In this document: positions 9,698 through 22,900 of the stretch, one piece after another | Layout: every line of letters starts with the position of its first letter | Numbering within the stretch: the first letter of the stretch is position 1 | NCBI GenBank assembly: GCA_002104945.1 | Contig: MCFH01000019.1 | Span: 62,001 to 126,000, forward strand | Direction: 5' to 3' | Source: Piromyces finnis finn | Taxonomy: Eukaryota; Fungi; Neocallimastigomycota | DNA length: 64,000 nt | Program-made: the position numbers and the translations under genes | The notes under the pieces: model-generated | Told to the model about the DNA's origin: nothing | Database searches by the model: none | What the model saw: only the letters and a program-made list of their open reading frames with translations

Positions 9698-10234
9698 AAC
9701 ATTGACCATTGCTGGCCAATAGCAAAAGGCATGATTTTGGTTAAAAAGTTCCGCTGTTATTTTTTCTTTTGAAGAAAAAAAATAAAAAAACACCATTTAC
9801 TATACTATTGCTACCATTTCTTTCTCCTATCACCTATCACACAATACACAATTCACTTTTATAATAAATTTAAATAATACCATTTAATAATTTTTTTTAA
9901 TAATATTTTTATTTTTTTTTTTATTAGATAATAATCCGTTTTTTTTTTTCTGTAAAAAAAAAAAAATAAATTAAATATAATAAAAGATTTAAAATTTAAA
10001 AAAAGATAATTAAATTATCAGTATTAAAAATAATTAATACGACGTCATTATAAAAGTTATTAATAATCATAAATTATTAATATCTATATAAAACGTTTTA
10101 GGATAAAAAAGATATAACGATTTTTTTAATTTTAAATTAAGTTAAATAGGTTATGAATTATTAAATAAGAGATTAAATATAGTGTGTTTTTTTTTATAAG
10201 ATTATAAAAAAAAATTATTAAAAGCTTAAATTAT

Positions 10235-11412
10235 TTAATGTGGAAGAGATTCGGTGCTGTTGATAGCAATAGCCTTGTTTTCGTATTCCATAGCGGTAGT
10301 GTGGTCTTGGCTACCGTTTAAAGCTGGAATGTTGAAGAAACTGAAGATTCTCCAGACAATAGAAGCACAAACACCACCAAGAAGTGGAGCAACCCAGAAG
10401 ACCCAGTGATCATCCCATTGACCAGCAACAACAGAGGCACCAAAGGAACGAGCTGGGTTCATAGAAGTACCAGTGATTGGAATAGCAATAAGGTGACCAA
10501 CAAAGACAATGGTACCAATGACGAATGGAGCAACATTTCTAGCGTTGTTAACTTCAAGAGCAAGCATGTGAACAACGAAAACTAAAAGGAAGGTAAGGAT
10601 GAGTTCAAGGAAGAAACCAGCGGCAACAGATCTACCATCTGGAATGCCGTTAGCACCTCTGGTAATACCATCGTGTGGAGTTGGGAAAAGAGCCTTGGCA
10701 AATAAGGCACCAAGCATACCACCACAAACTTGACCAATAATGTATAAAACAGCCTTAACTGGTGGAACAGCACCAGAACAGAAAAGACCAAGAGTAACAG
10801 CTGGGTTAAGGTGACCACCACTAATACGGTAGAAAGCCCAAACCATACACATTAAACCGAAACCGAAACCAAAAGCGATTTGAATTTGAGAAGCTGGAGT
10901 AGCACCAGTTGGAATACCTGGGTTAACAACAGTACTGTTGGTAACATCTCTTAAGAAATTAATAGTGTCGTAATTTTGAGTCTTCATGGATTCAAAAGCA
11001 CTGTTAACGGAACTGATTCCCATGAAAACAAAGAAGGTAGTACCAACAAATTCTATAGGATATAAATTTTAATTTATAATAAAATGATATTGAATTAGTT
11101 TCATCTTTATACATTTTTAAATTTTTTCTTTTTCTTTTTTTTTTTCTTTTCATTTCAAAAACTTTTAAAAATATCTTATTATTCTATAGTGTAATGTTAT
11201 TATTTTTTTATTGTTATTGGTTGTATAGCATTTTTTTTTTTTTTTGGTATTCCTTTCACTTTAAGCTTTCTAATAATAACTTTAAAAGTTTTCTATCTCG
11301 TAATGACAAGGTTTTCACAATAAATGTTTCTTTGACACTTACCACCAAGGGCAGAAATGAAATCCTTAATAATGTTAGACTTGCCGTCTTCACCGTATTC
11401 GTATGCCTTCAT
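10235..11412 (-). CDS. Aquaporin (MIP family), 2 exons, 295 aa
   Basis: Exons 11412-11343 and 11052-10235, GTAAGT...TAG intron; begins MKAYEYGEDG...LGEFVGT. Two NPA boxes (GHLNPAVT, SMNPARS) and hydrophobic helices. Confidence 0.95.
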
Positions 11413-12493
11413 TTTGAAATATTAATTTAAATTAATTATTTATTTAAAAAAGAGGTATATATATTTAATAAAAACTTTTTTTTTTAAATAAAATAAGATT
11501 GATATTTAAATTAAATAATGTTGAATTAAATAATAAGAAAAAAAAGAAAAAACAAGGAATATTTATATGTTTTTTTTTTTTTACTTTTAAACTTGTATTT
11601 TTTTTTTAAATTCTATTTTATAATAAAAATTTAATAAATTATTATTTTATTATAAAATGAATTTTTAAAAAAAAATAAAAGCAATAATATATTATTTAAT
11701 TTAATTTAATTCAATGAATTATACATAATGCAATATATTACTAATAGATTGAATAATATTATATACTATATAATTACTATATATTATAATTCAATTATAT
11801 AAAGAATGAATGGCATTTAGTGACAAATAATTTAAATCAATATATTTTGTTAATATATTTTATTATATTTTATCAATATATTCTATTACATTTGTATTTC
11901 AATTAAGACATAATTAAATTAAATATATTACAGATTCAATTTCAATATATTATCCAAATATATTTATTATTATTAATTAATAGAATTAAAATTTATTTAA
12001 TTTAAATAACTTTAAATTAAAAAAAAAAGTTGCTTTGTTGGACTATCCATAATATATAGCCATCAATAGAAATAAGTATACTTTGGCACATATATTCCTA
12101 TATAAATTTATATATTCAAAAAAAAAAAAAAGAGTGAAAGAAAAAAGGAAACCCATCTATTCCTATAGAATAAGAAGAGTAAAGGGAAAAGGGAAGTGAA
12201 TTCATTTAAAGTTATATTACAGAATAGATTGAAAAAAAAAAAGACTATGAAATGTGTAAATAGTACTATTTGACAACAACAATCAACAACTAAAGTCCTA
12301 TAAAATTTATAAAATTGGATATGACACAAATTATTCCTACCATCACAACAACTATTTTTAAAATTATAAAAAATTTAATTATGGAATTACAACTATAATT
12401 TTAATTATTAAAAAAAAAATAAATTATTAATAGACAATCTTTAAAATATTCAATATACATTAAAGAGTTTACCATCCCAATTCAAGTTCAAAT

Positions 12494-12494
<1 letters not shown>

Positions 12495-12546
<52 letters not shown>
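12495..12546. repeat. Inverted (TAA)n-(TTA)n microsatellite
   Basis: A TAA run is directly followed by its complement; self-complementary. Confidence 0.85.
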
Positions 12547-12547
<1 letters not shown>

Positions 12548-15500
12548 AAAATAGTAAGTTAAATTTACACTTTTTAAATTCATATTTAAAAAAAAAATAA
12601 ATAAATACTGCATGGATTTATTTTTAATTACAATTTTAATTGTATATATTGTATATATTTACTTTTTCATTCTTCTTATTCATTATGAAATAGCCTTTTC
12701 TTGCTATTTTCATTTAACTCAATTAATAAATCTTTAATTATTATTATTACATTATAAATTTTTAAAAATAAATAATAATAAAATAATAAATAATAAATAA
12801 TAAATAATAATAAAAATAAAATTAAAAGTAAATTCCTTTTCTTTTTAATATAAAAAACGTTTAACAAAAATAACTAAATCAAGCCTCAATTTGATAAATT
12901 AATTTTTTTTTAAAAAAAATAAAAAAGGAAAAAAAAATTGGTTCAATACTAATTAACAAAAAAAAAAGGAATTTAAAAAATAAATAATAAGGATTAATAA
13001 TTAGGATTCAATTTTGTACAAAATAAGAATTAAAAAAAAAAAGTAATTTGAATTTAAAATGTATATAAAAATGATACATTTAAGATGGGATGATGATATT
13101 AGTAATGTTAAATTTATTATTAGAATGGAATTTGAATTAAAATTTAATTATAAAATCTGTGTAAAAAATAAACTCTAATTTAATACCATAGTTTAAATTC
13201 ATTTGTATATATTTTTATGGTTTATTTTTCTATTAATAAATAATTATTTATATTTATTTTAATCTTCCTTTTATATTATTAAAACACAAAATATATACAG
13301 TTTTTTTTTTTTTATTAATTTGAATGTTTCCTATTAAAACAATAAATATATAAATTTTTCATTTTACTTTAATTAAAGTAGCAATTAAAAAAAAAAAAAA
13401 AAAAAGAATAGTCCACATTAATATACATTTATTATTTAATTAATATTATTAATATCTTTTTTTTTTTTATTTTATAAATATTATTTTATATAGATATGCA
13501 TTTCTATAAAAATAGATATCTATTTTTTATTATATTATTAGAAATAAAATCAACATAAAGTATAATAATTTTAGGCATTATATTAGTTAATCATTAATAA
13601 TAAATAAATATATGCAATGATTACTTTTACTATAATTTTTATAATATTCCTATTAACTCTTTTTTTTAAAAAAAGTATTCCTTTAATGAATTATAATTGA
13701 AATCCAGTAAAAATTAGTTTAAAAATACATTAAAAATAAATTAACGTTTTTTTAAATAAAAAACTTTATTTTTTTTTTAAAAAAAATAATTCATTAACCT
13801 ATTTATGTTTTCTCAAAATAAAAGAATTAAAAAAAGATGATGAATCTAATACTACATAATATAAATAAGATATTACACAACTGGGTAAAAAAGGATAATT
13901 GTTAATTAATAGGTAAATTAATTTTTATTTTATTTTGTTATTTTCTTATTAATATTCTTTTATTAACAGTAAAGTAATAAAAACAACAACAACAACAACA
14001 GCAATAACAACAGCAAAATGCAATAGCATCAATATAAAGTGTATATATAAATTATAATTTTTATAAATATCATATTAAATATTAATTAAACATCAAATTA
14101 AAAGTATCAAATTATACAACATAAACTATCTTTAAATGAATTTTTAAATTGCTAGCAAAACAAATTTATATTTATAATTTTAAAAAAAAAAAACTTAATT
14201 TTATATAATTTTTAAAAAATCCTTTCTATTTATTCCATTTATTAAGATGATGATGAATAAACATAAAAAAAAAGAGTGCATATTCAACAATTTATTTTTA
14301 GATATTATTTATGCAGTCAAACATTTTCATTCTATTTTTATGTAAACATTTTTTTAATCAACAAACTTTTAATAATTTGATGATATATACTACCAAAAAA
14401 GAAAAAACTGTACTGGTATAGTTAAGCTATGATGAGATAGTATATTGGGTTAAATTGAAAGATACTTTTACCTTAAAATAAATATAACTAGGTGTAAAAA
14501 AAACCTAACCATTAAAAACAATTATAAGACAATTAAAAAATAAAGTGTAATATAGAAAACTTTAAAATCTATACTTTTTAACATTAAAAAAGTTAAACTT
14601 TTAATGGGTAGGAAATCAATTATCATTAATTATGAAATAACTATGAATAAATACAAAGTTTTTATAAGTTACAAATTTTTTTTTGAGATTGGTGTTTATG
14701 GGAGAATTATATTAAATTTTTTTTTTATCTTTATATTTATTATTAATTTTAACAAATTAATAATAAATAATAATAAATATAATGAACAAATTGTTTAAAA
14801 AAAGTTTTTTTTTAACTTCATTTTTAATTAAAAAAAAAAAAAAAAGAAAAACGTAACAACACACACCACACCTTTTGTTGTTAATTAATTTTCAGAAGAA
14901 AAAAGTTGTTAATTGAACTATTTATATTGATTATATATTGGAATGTATTCATAATATACTAAGCAATTAAAATAAATAGTTAAATTAAATTTAAAAAACC
15001 ATATTATATTAAATGAATTTTTTTTTAATTATTAGTTTTACATTTCTTTTTTTTTTATATATATATTGATGTAGAGTTTATTCAACACATCAATGGCTTT
15101 ATCTCATTAATTAATTTTAGTAACATAAAAGTTTAAAAAAATAGGTTAATATGTAACATGTGCTATATATTATAATATAATATAATAAGTCACTTTTTTG
15201 TTTTAAATTAATTGATGACATGCATAATAAAAAAAAATAATAAATGAAAAAAAACCCTGTAAAAGAGATTTTTACGAAATCACTGCATAAAAAATTTTTA
15301 TAAAAATAAACAAAATGAAAAAAAGGGTCTTATTTTCTTATTTACCAAGAAATTACAGGAAAAAAAGAAAGATTCTATTTCTCATCCATATGAATAATAC
15401 ATGCTTTTTTTTTTCTTGTTTTAGATGTTGCTTTTTTATATTATTTAAAATTTATAGAAAAGAATCTTCATTCCAATGTACAAGAATAAAAACGAATAAA

Positions 15501-16728
15501 TGAAAATGGTTTAATTTCTATCATCTATTTTCTTTCTATTATTTCAATTCATATTATTATTCTTGTTTTTTTCTTTTTTTTATTCTATTCCTATTATTAT
15601 TCCTGTAATTCATCTTCCAAAGTGTTACATGTTTTAAAATAATAAATTTTAATAAAAAAATTAAATGTCTCAAATACAAATAAAATATAATCTAATATAT
15701 GTAGTAATTAATATGCAATATATTAATAATATATTATTTAATCAATGAAAGAATTTACTTTAAACCTGTTAATTTTTTTTATAGAACAAAAGAATTGCCC
15801 CAATCACCAATCTTTATCTAGGAAAAGGCAATTTCTAATAGCAACAAAAGAAAGAGGTAAACGAATAGAGAATACATTATGAATTTAAGGTAGATATTCC
15901 TTTACATCTAAAAAATAACTGAATTAAAATAGTAAATATCTATGGTATATATGGTATTTTAATAAAAAAGGATATAGATACATTTCAAAGTTTAATGAAA
16001 AAAAAAAAAGTCGTTCAATAATTAATAAATAATCATAATAACACGAATAACACAAAACATAATAAATATCCTAATGACTAATAATAAATGTATAACAAAA
16101 TAATGGGTAAACGTCCCATTTTCTTATTACTCTATAGATTATATAATAAAGCTTTTTTTATTAAGATGAAACTTTAGCAATTAATGAAATAATTTATTGA
16201 GCAATCTTATCTACTTTGTGATAAAGAGGTTTGACAAAAAAAAAAAAAAAAAAAACATAATGATATGTAGTTAAGTTTATTATTATTATTATTATTTTTA
16301 ATTAGTTCATATTCAAAAAAAAAAAAGGTTAAATTGTAGTTTACAAAGTTCATAGTTTTAAGAAATTACTTTTTCCATAATACATTACAAAAGTTAAGCC
16401 ATAATATTATTTCCACTCAACATTGTTTTTTAATATATGAAAGAATAAAATGAAATGATTCAAATGTATTCTATATAAAATACATATATTTTTATACAAT
16501 AAAAAATGATAAATTATATATATAAATATAAAAAGCCGTGTCAATATAATAGGAAAAACGATCTAATAAATAATAAATATAGATAGATTATATCATATTC
16601 ATTTATTAAAATATCAACTAATTTTACAAGAAAATAAATATTAATAGAGGCTTTATATAAAAAAAAGAGGCTAAATGTCAGCCTTTAATATAACAAAACA
16701 AGCATAATATCTTCCAAAAAAAGAAATA

Positions 16729-16793
<65 letters not shown>
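16729..16793. repeat. (AAT)n microsatellite
   Basis: Perfect trinucleotide run of about 21 units. Confidence 0.95.
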
Positions 16794-16797
<4 letters not shown>

Positions 16798-19700
16798 GGC
16801 AGTGGTGGTTAAATTGAATAAAAGAAAACTTTACATTCTTGTAATACATAAAATGTTACAACAAAATTTTAAAAGATTAAAGTAGGAATGACATGAATTA
16901 CATGAATTACCCCACCATACTTTTGAATAGAAATAAACTAAAATATAATACTACTAATAATAAATAATAAGATTTTAGAAGAAATAAAGAATTTCTTGAT
17001 GTTATTGATAACCTAAAAAGTAACACATTAAAAAAAAAATTAAATGACATTATTAATGCTCCATGCCAAAAAAAAAAAAAAAACACTGAAATTACATTCA
17101 TTGTATTTCATGTATTACAATACAACACCATACAAATATTATGTAATACTATGAAATAATGTAATAATTATCTTTTTTTTTTTTCAGATAATATTATTCA
17201 TCGTCTTTTTAATAATTGAAGGAAAGGAAAGGAAAAACAGTACGTTTAACAATGATTAGGTTGAATTATTTTTTTCTTTTCAATTCTTTATAATGTTTTA
17301 AAAGTGAACTTTTTTGTTTTTGATCAAAAAAATAATTATTTCCTTTTTCTGATAAACTTTTTTAATTGGGTAGAGCCTTAAGTTTTTTTTTTTTTTTTTT
17401 TTTTTTTTGCTTTAATTAATTTTAATTAAAAAATGGTGAGTAACAATGTTTAGAATAATATTAAAAAAAAAGATATACACGTACACACACGTAATATACA
17501 ATACTATACATAGAGAGTTTTTTTTTTTTACTGTTAGTATTTAGCAAGAAAAAAATATTTTCATAAAAAAGACAATTTCAAGGATAGCACTTTATTTTTT
17601 TTTTAAAAAAAAAAAAACTATTAGAAATTTTGTATGCTTATATTCACAATAAAACGAATAATTTTTCTCTGGCTTTGTTAAACACGAAAAAAAAATTACT
17701 AAATTTACTATGAATAAAATAAAAAAAAAATTGATTATTTTTTAATATATAAAAACTATATTACTTTATACATTTAGCCATTCATTAGGTGTGGCTATAG
17801 CACCATTTTACCAGATGATAAAAAAATAGCTTTTTTTATATTTATTTAATAAATTATTATTTTATTAATATTTTTTATTAATTATTATTTATTAATCATT
17901 AGAAATCTTTATTTTTTGTTAATTATTTTAAAATATATGGTTTTTGTCAAAGGATTTCTCTTCCTTCTTCCTTTATAACTTTGATGCTCTCCTAACAAAA
18001 TGACTAAAAAGAAAAGAAATCTTTTTACATTCAACATGAAAAAATAATTTATTATTTACATATATAATGAACTTTAATTATTATAATTTTGACATTGTTC
18101 TAAGTTTTTATTGGTCAAATTTTCATTACAATATTGAAATGGAAAACTTTAAAATTATTAAAAAATATACCATAAATAGAAATTTCATTGTATAATTAAT
18201 ACAATAGAAAATGTACAAATAATGTAATATAAACTGATAATGTATACAACATTAAGAATTGAACATTGAACGATATATATGGTAGTACTAGTTGTGTATT
18301 ATTACTAATTGATATTCATTGATATTATTAATGCTATTGCTATTATTTTGTTGTTATTGTTACTGTTGTTGTTAGAGATAAGTAAGGTTTTATATAAAAA
18401 TATTCAATTATTAAACTTTAAATTAAAATGATAGTTTGACTGGCTATGAAATAGTACTGCCTTTTATTTCAATTTAAAGATATTTAAGAGTTTGTCAATA
18501 ATTTTTAAAATCTTTGCCCAACTATGAAAAATCATAATAATATCAAATTATTATTTTGATACTTTGGTGTTATTATAATAATATAATTATTAGTTTATTA
18601 GTTTTAGATATTAAGATGGGTTTAAATAGTGTCAGAATTCATCAAAATAGTATATAGGTTATTGAAGCTGAAATTTATAAATGATTGTATAATTAATGTA
18701 TTGTCTTTTTTTTGTTGTTGTTGTTGAAAAGTAATATAGAGGATAGAGATATTATAAAAATAAAAAAAAAATATATGATATGGATTAGATTCTTTTTTTT
18801 TTTTTTAAATATATATATATTAAATACTTGACTATTTTATAATAAAGTATATAATATATCATAATATTATAATGTTTTTTTTTTTTTTTTTCCAATTATT
18901 TTATTAACTCATGATAATATTACATAATCCTTTTTAAAATATTACTAAATTCATTATTTAAAAGGTTTACTTTTTTGTAAAAAAATTAATTTATTTTTTT
19001 AGTATTACAGATTAGGTTTTAATTTCAATTTTTTTTTGTTAAATATAAATCCTTAAATATAAAAGAAAAGATGTTACAAATACAATTAACTTTTTATATT
19101 TATATAATTAATTTTTTATATAAGAATGTTGGAATTATACTTTAATTTGTGTGATTTATATATTTCCTTTTTTTAAAATAATAAGAAAAAGATATTCAAA
19201 CTATCATTTAATATTAATAAAACTAGATCGATAGCTATATTTCTTTAAATAGTGTTTAATATAGTCTTAAAAGGTATTACATTAATTTCATATAATTTTA
19301 CTGGAATTTCATTCTAAAGTAGTTTTAATCTTGTATTTATAAAAAAAAAAAAGGTTTTATAAAGAAATTTTAAAGTATAAAATTATATTATTAATAGTGT
19401 TATTGAATTATTCTTTATCTTTTATTTTATCAAGAATATTGAATAGTATTAAAAAAAAGTATTAAACCTATTTTTTGTTCTATTTAGGTAACTAGAAAGT
19501 AAAAAAAAATGTATAATTTTAATTAAAAAGTTTGCTACTGCTGCTATGCTGTTAGCTGTATTTTAAAAAAAAAAAAAATTATTAAAGAATTAATGCTTTA
19601 AAATTAATTTAAAAATTTTATTTCATATTAAAATTAATTATTTAAATATGTCATTTCATTATAAAAATACATTTTAAACTTTAATTTGTATTTTAATAAA

Positions 19701-19916
19701 TTTTTTTTTTTAAATCAACAAATTGGTGTTACTGCTGTTTTTTTTTTTCAAAGTAGTAATTAGTTTTAAAGGAATAATTATAAATCTATCTTTGGAGGGA
19801 AAAAAAACAGAAGTAATCCATATATATACCTTTGGTAATTAAAAAAAGAAAGAAAAAAGATTAAATAGAAAAAAAAAAACTCTTTTATTTAAAAAGAAAT
19901 AAATTTATTTATAGAG

Positions 19917-22900
19917 ATGATGTACTCTTCATCAAGCTTATCAGAAACTGAACCTTTAGATACAAAGGTTATTGCTGAAAAACTTAGTAAACCTCCATTC
20001 AATAAAAATTATTCTGTTATAGATATCCACGATAAATTTACATCTTTCCAACTTTTTGAAATCATTAATGAAGTATTAATTTATATTGATAATTCGCCAA
20101 CTTCCGTTCATCGTGTCAATTTAAGAACGGAACCTCCAGAAAATACCGTACAAAGAATTGTTGACTTTTTATACTTGTTAAAGTATAAACCTTCAATAGA
20201 TAGGTTAGTCTGTATTTTTATTTTTTTTTATATATTTTCTTATATAGTCTCATATATACTTTTTATTTATGAATAATGAAAAAAAGATATTGAATATATA
20301 TTAATTTTTTTTAATTATATTAATATATAATAATAATAATAATTACTTTCTTTTTTAATTCTATCCTATTTTATATTCATTGCTATTCTTAAAAACAAAA
20401 CTAAAAAAGAAATGCAAATTTAAAGGCAGAATTACTTGATGGAGATAGACATTCTTTACAATGCATTTTATTTTTCTTATTGAATCAATTAGAAACTCAT
20501 AAAAAGAGAGCTTATTTAGCACCATTTTTAAGTGTTATTGATATTCCACCTGAATTTTTACAAGATGATGGTAAAAATTAAAAAAACAAAAACAAAAAGA
20601 GAAAAAATAAATTATTTTTATCAAGTTTAGTAATCTTTACAATACATTATCCATAGGATTATTAATTGTTTTTTTTATATATATATAACCTTTAATTCAT
20701 TATCATTTTAATAATTAATTATAAATATTAAAAAATAGTCATTCAAGAATTAAACGCTCAGTTAAAAGAATTACAAGGTCAATTTATCGAAACACATAAA
20801 TATGTTGAACAACTTCGTCAATCTGGTAAATTATTAATAATTCCATATCTATGAACTTACAAAAGAAAATTTATTATTAATTATTCTGCTTTTTTTTTTC
20901 TTTTTTTTCTTTTATAACAACAACAACAAAAAAAAAAGGTAATGCAACAAATGAACTTAAAAAGGAAATTCAACAAACAGAAGAAGAAAAACAACAAGTT
21001 TTAGTAAAAATTGCTCGTTTAAGAAAAAAAGTTGAAAAAATGGTAAATTTATATACATACATACATACATATATATAATTATATATATTTAAAGAAGATG
21101 TATAATTATAATTTTGTAAATTCATTTATTTGCTAACATATTTTAATTTTAATGAACTTAACTTTATTTCTTTTCTATAACTCTATTGCTATATAAAATA
21201 AAATGTTATCGTCAAAAATAAAATTACAATAGCCAAATCATGAACAATGGTTAGAAGCTGCAAGAAAATTAAGAATAGAACAAACAGAAGAAACAAATAT
21301 TGTCGAAAAGTATATAAATATTTAATATATATATATATATATATATTATTATTATTATTATTATAATCATTAATAATTATATAATATTAATCAACATATA
21401 ATTTAATGAATATTTATTATATTTTTACCTATATATATAATTTATTATTAACATTAATATTCTACTATATAAAAACCATAATGGGATCATTCTATCGTCA
21501 TTAAATAATCTTTAAATAAATTATACAGGATGAAAGAACAAAATGAACAGTTAAAAAATGCAGAACAAAAATTAATTGAAGTTAGAAAAACATTGAAACA
21601 AGTTCAAGTAAATATTCTTAAATTTGATTGTGATATATTTATATATTTACTTTAATAGAAGTAAAAAAAAAAAAAAACGAAAATAAAAAGATAATAGCAA
21701 CAACAACATATTTATTAATTAATTAAAATAACTATTCAAACAACATAAAAATATATATAGTAAAATTATTTATTAATTTATTGTATATATAATATAATAT
21801 TTATGAATATCTATTTTTTCATTATGTATATAGAATGCAAATGCTACATCTAATGCTGAATTATTATGGCAAAGAATGGAGGAAGAAACAAAAATGAATA
21901 GATTTATGGCCACAGAAAACTTGCCAAAAGTAATTTTTTAATTTTAAAAAGATTTATTATTTTGTTTTATTTAAAAGAGGAAAAATTTTTTGATTTTTTT
22001 ATCATTAAAAAGAAATACATATATCCGACTCTATATAAATGCATATATCTATCTTTTTTTCTAATATTTTACCTTTTTTTTTTAAAAATATCAATAATTT
22101 ATCTTAATAGGCAATTAGTGATAAACAAAAACATATTGATAATATTACTAAAATTTTAAATGAAACTTCAACATCAGAATCTGACCTTCAAGTATCCGAA
22201 ATGGAAATCAGAGATTTAAATGAAGCTATTGCAAAATTGGCGGAAAAGAAATTATCAAAGAATAAGTAAATGTTTTTTTTATTATCCTTTGGAATATATA
22301 TATTTATTTCATTTTATTCCATTTATTTGAATATATATATAAATAGATAAATAGAATAGAAATAATAAAAGGAAAAAAAAATAATATATTAATATATATT
22401 TTCTATAAAAATAATAATAATAAAAAAAAATTTTTTTTTTTTGATATATATTAGAAATGCAGGGGATGATAAATTAGCTTTATTTAGACAACAAGCAAAT
22501 ATTATTGCTTTAAAAAAGGAAGGAACAGCTGAAAAAATACATTCTTTAATGGAAGAATTAAATCAATTAAATGAAGAATTGGAGAAAAAAGAAGGTGCAA
22601 AAGGAGAAAATGAAACCAAGGTTTATATATATAAATATTTTAATTAAAAATTATATTTCTCTATATATTTATTTAATTTATAAGTTAAAATGATTAAAGA
22701 ATCTTTATTACTTACATCTTTATTTAATACTATGAAAAAAAAAAAACTTTTATAAAAATTATTACTATTACTAAAAAAAAAAGATACTGAAGGGTGAAGA
22801 TTTTAAAAAATATGTTAGTGAATTAAGAACAAAATCAACTGTATATAAAAGAAAAAAGGTTGAATTATCTGAATTAACTACCGAACTTGGTGTCATACAG

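Larger units (their letters stand above)
5857..9759 (-). mobile_element. Short family-1 3'-region fragment (5857-6006 plus 9694-9759) split by copy 3
   Basis: Both pieces match the ORF-end/3' UTR of the family and are collinear apart from at least 18 missing nt. There is no poly(A). Confidence 0.85.

Noticed and set aside
14420-14520. C/D-box snoRNA candidate (ATGATGA)
   Set aside because: No downstream CTGA box D or terminal stem was found.
16797-16830. tRNA-like start GGCAGTGGTGGTTAAATTG
   Set aside because: No T-arm (GTTCRA) or cloverleaf follows.
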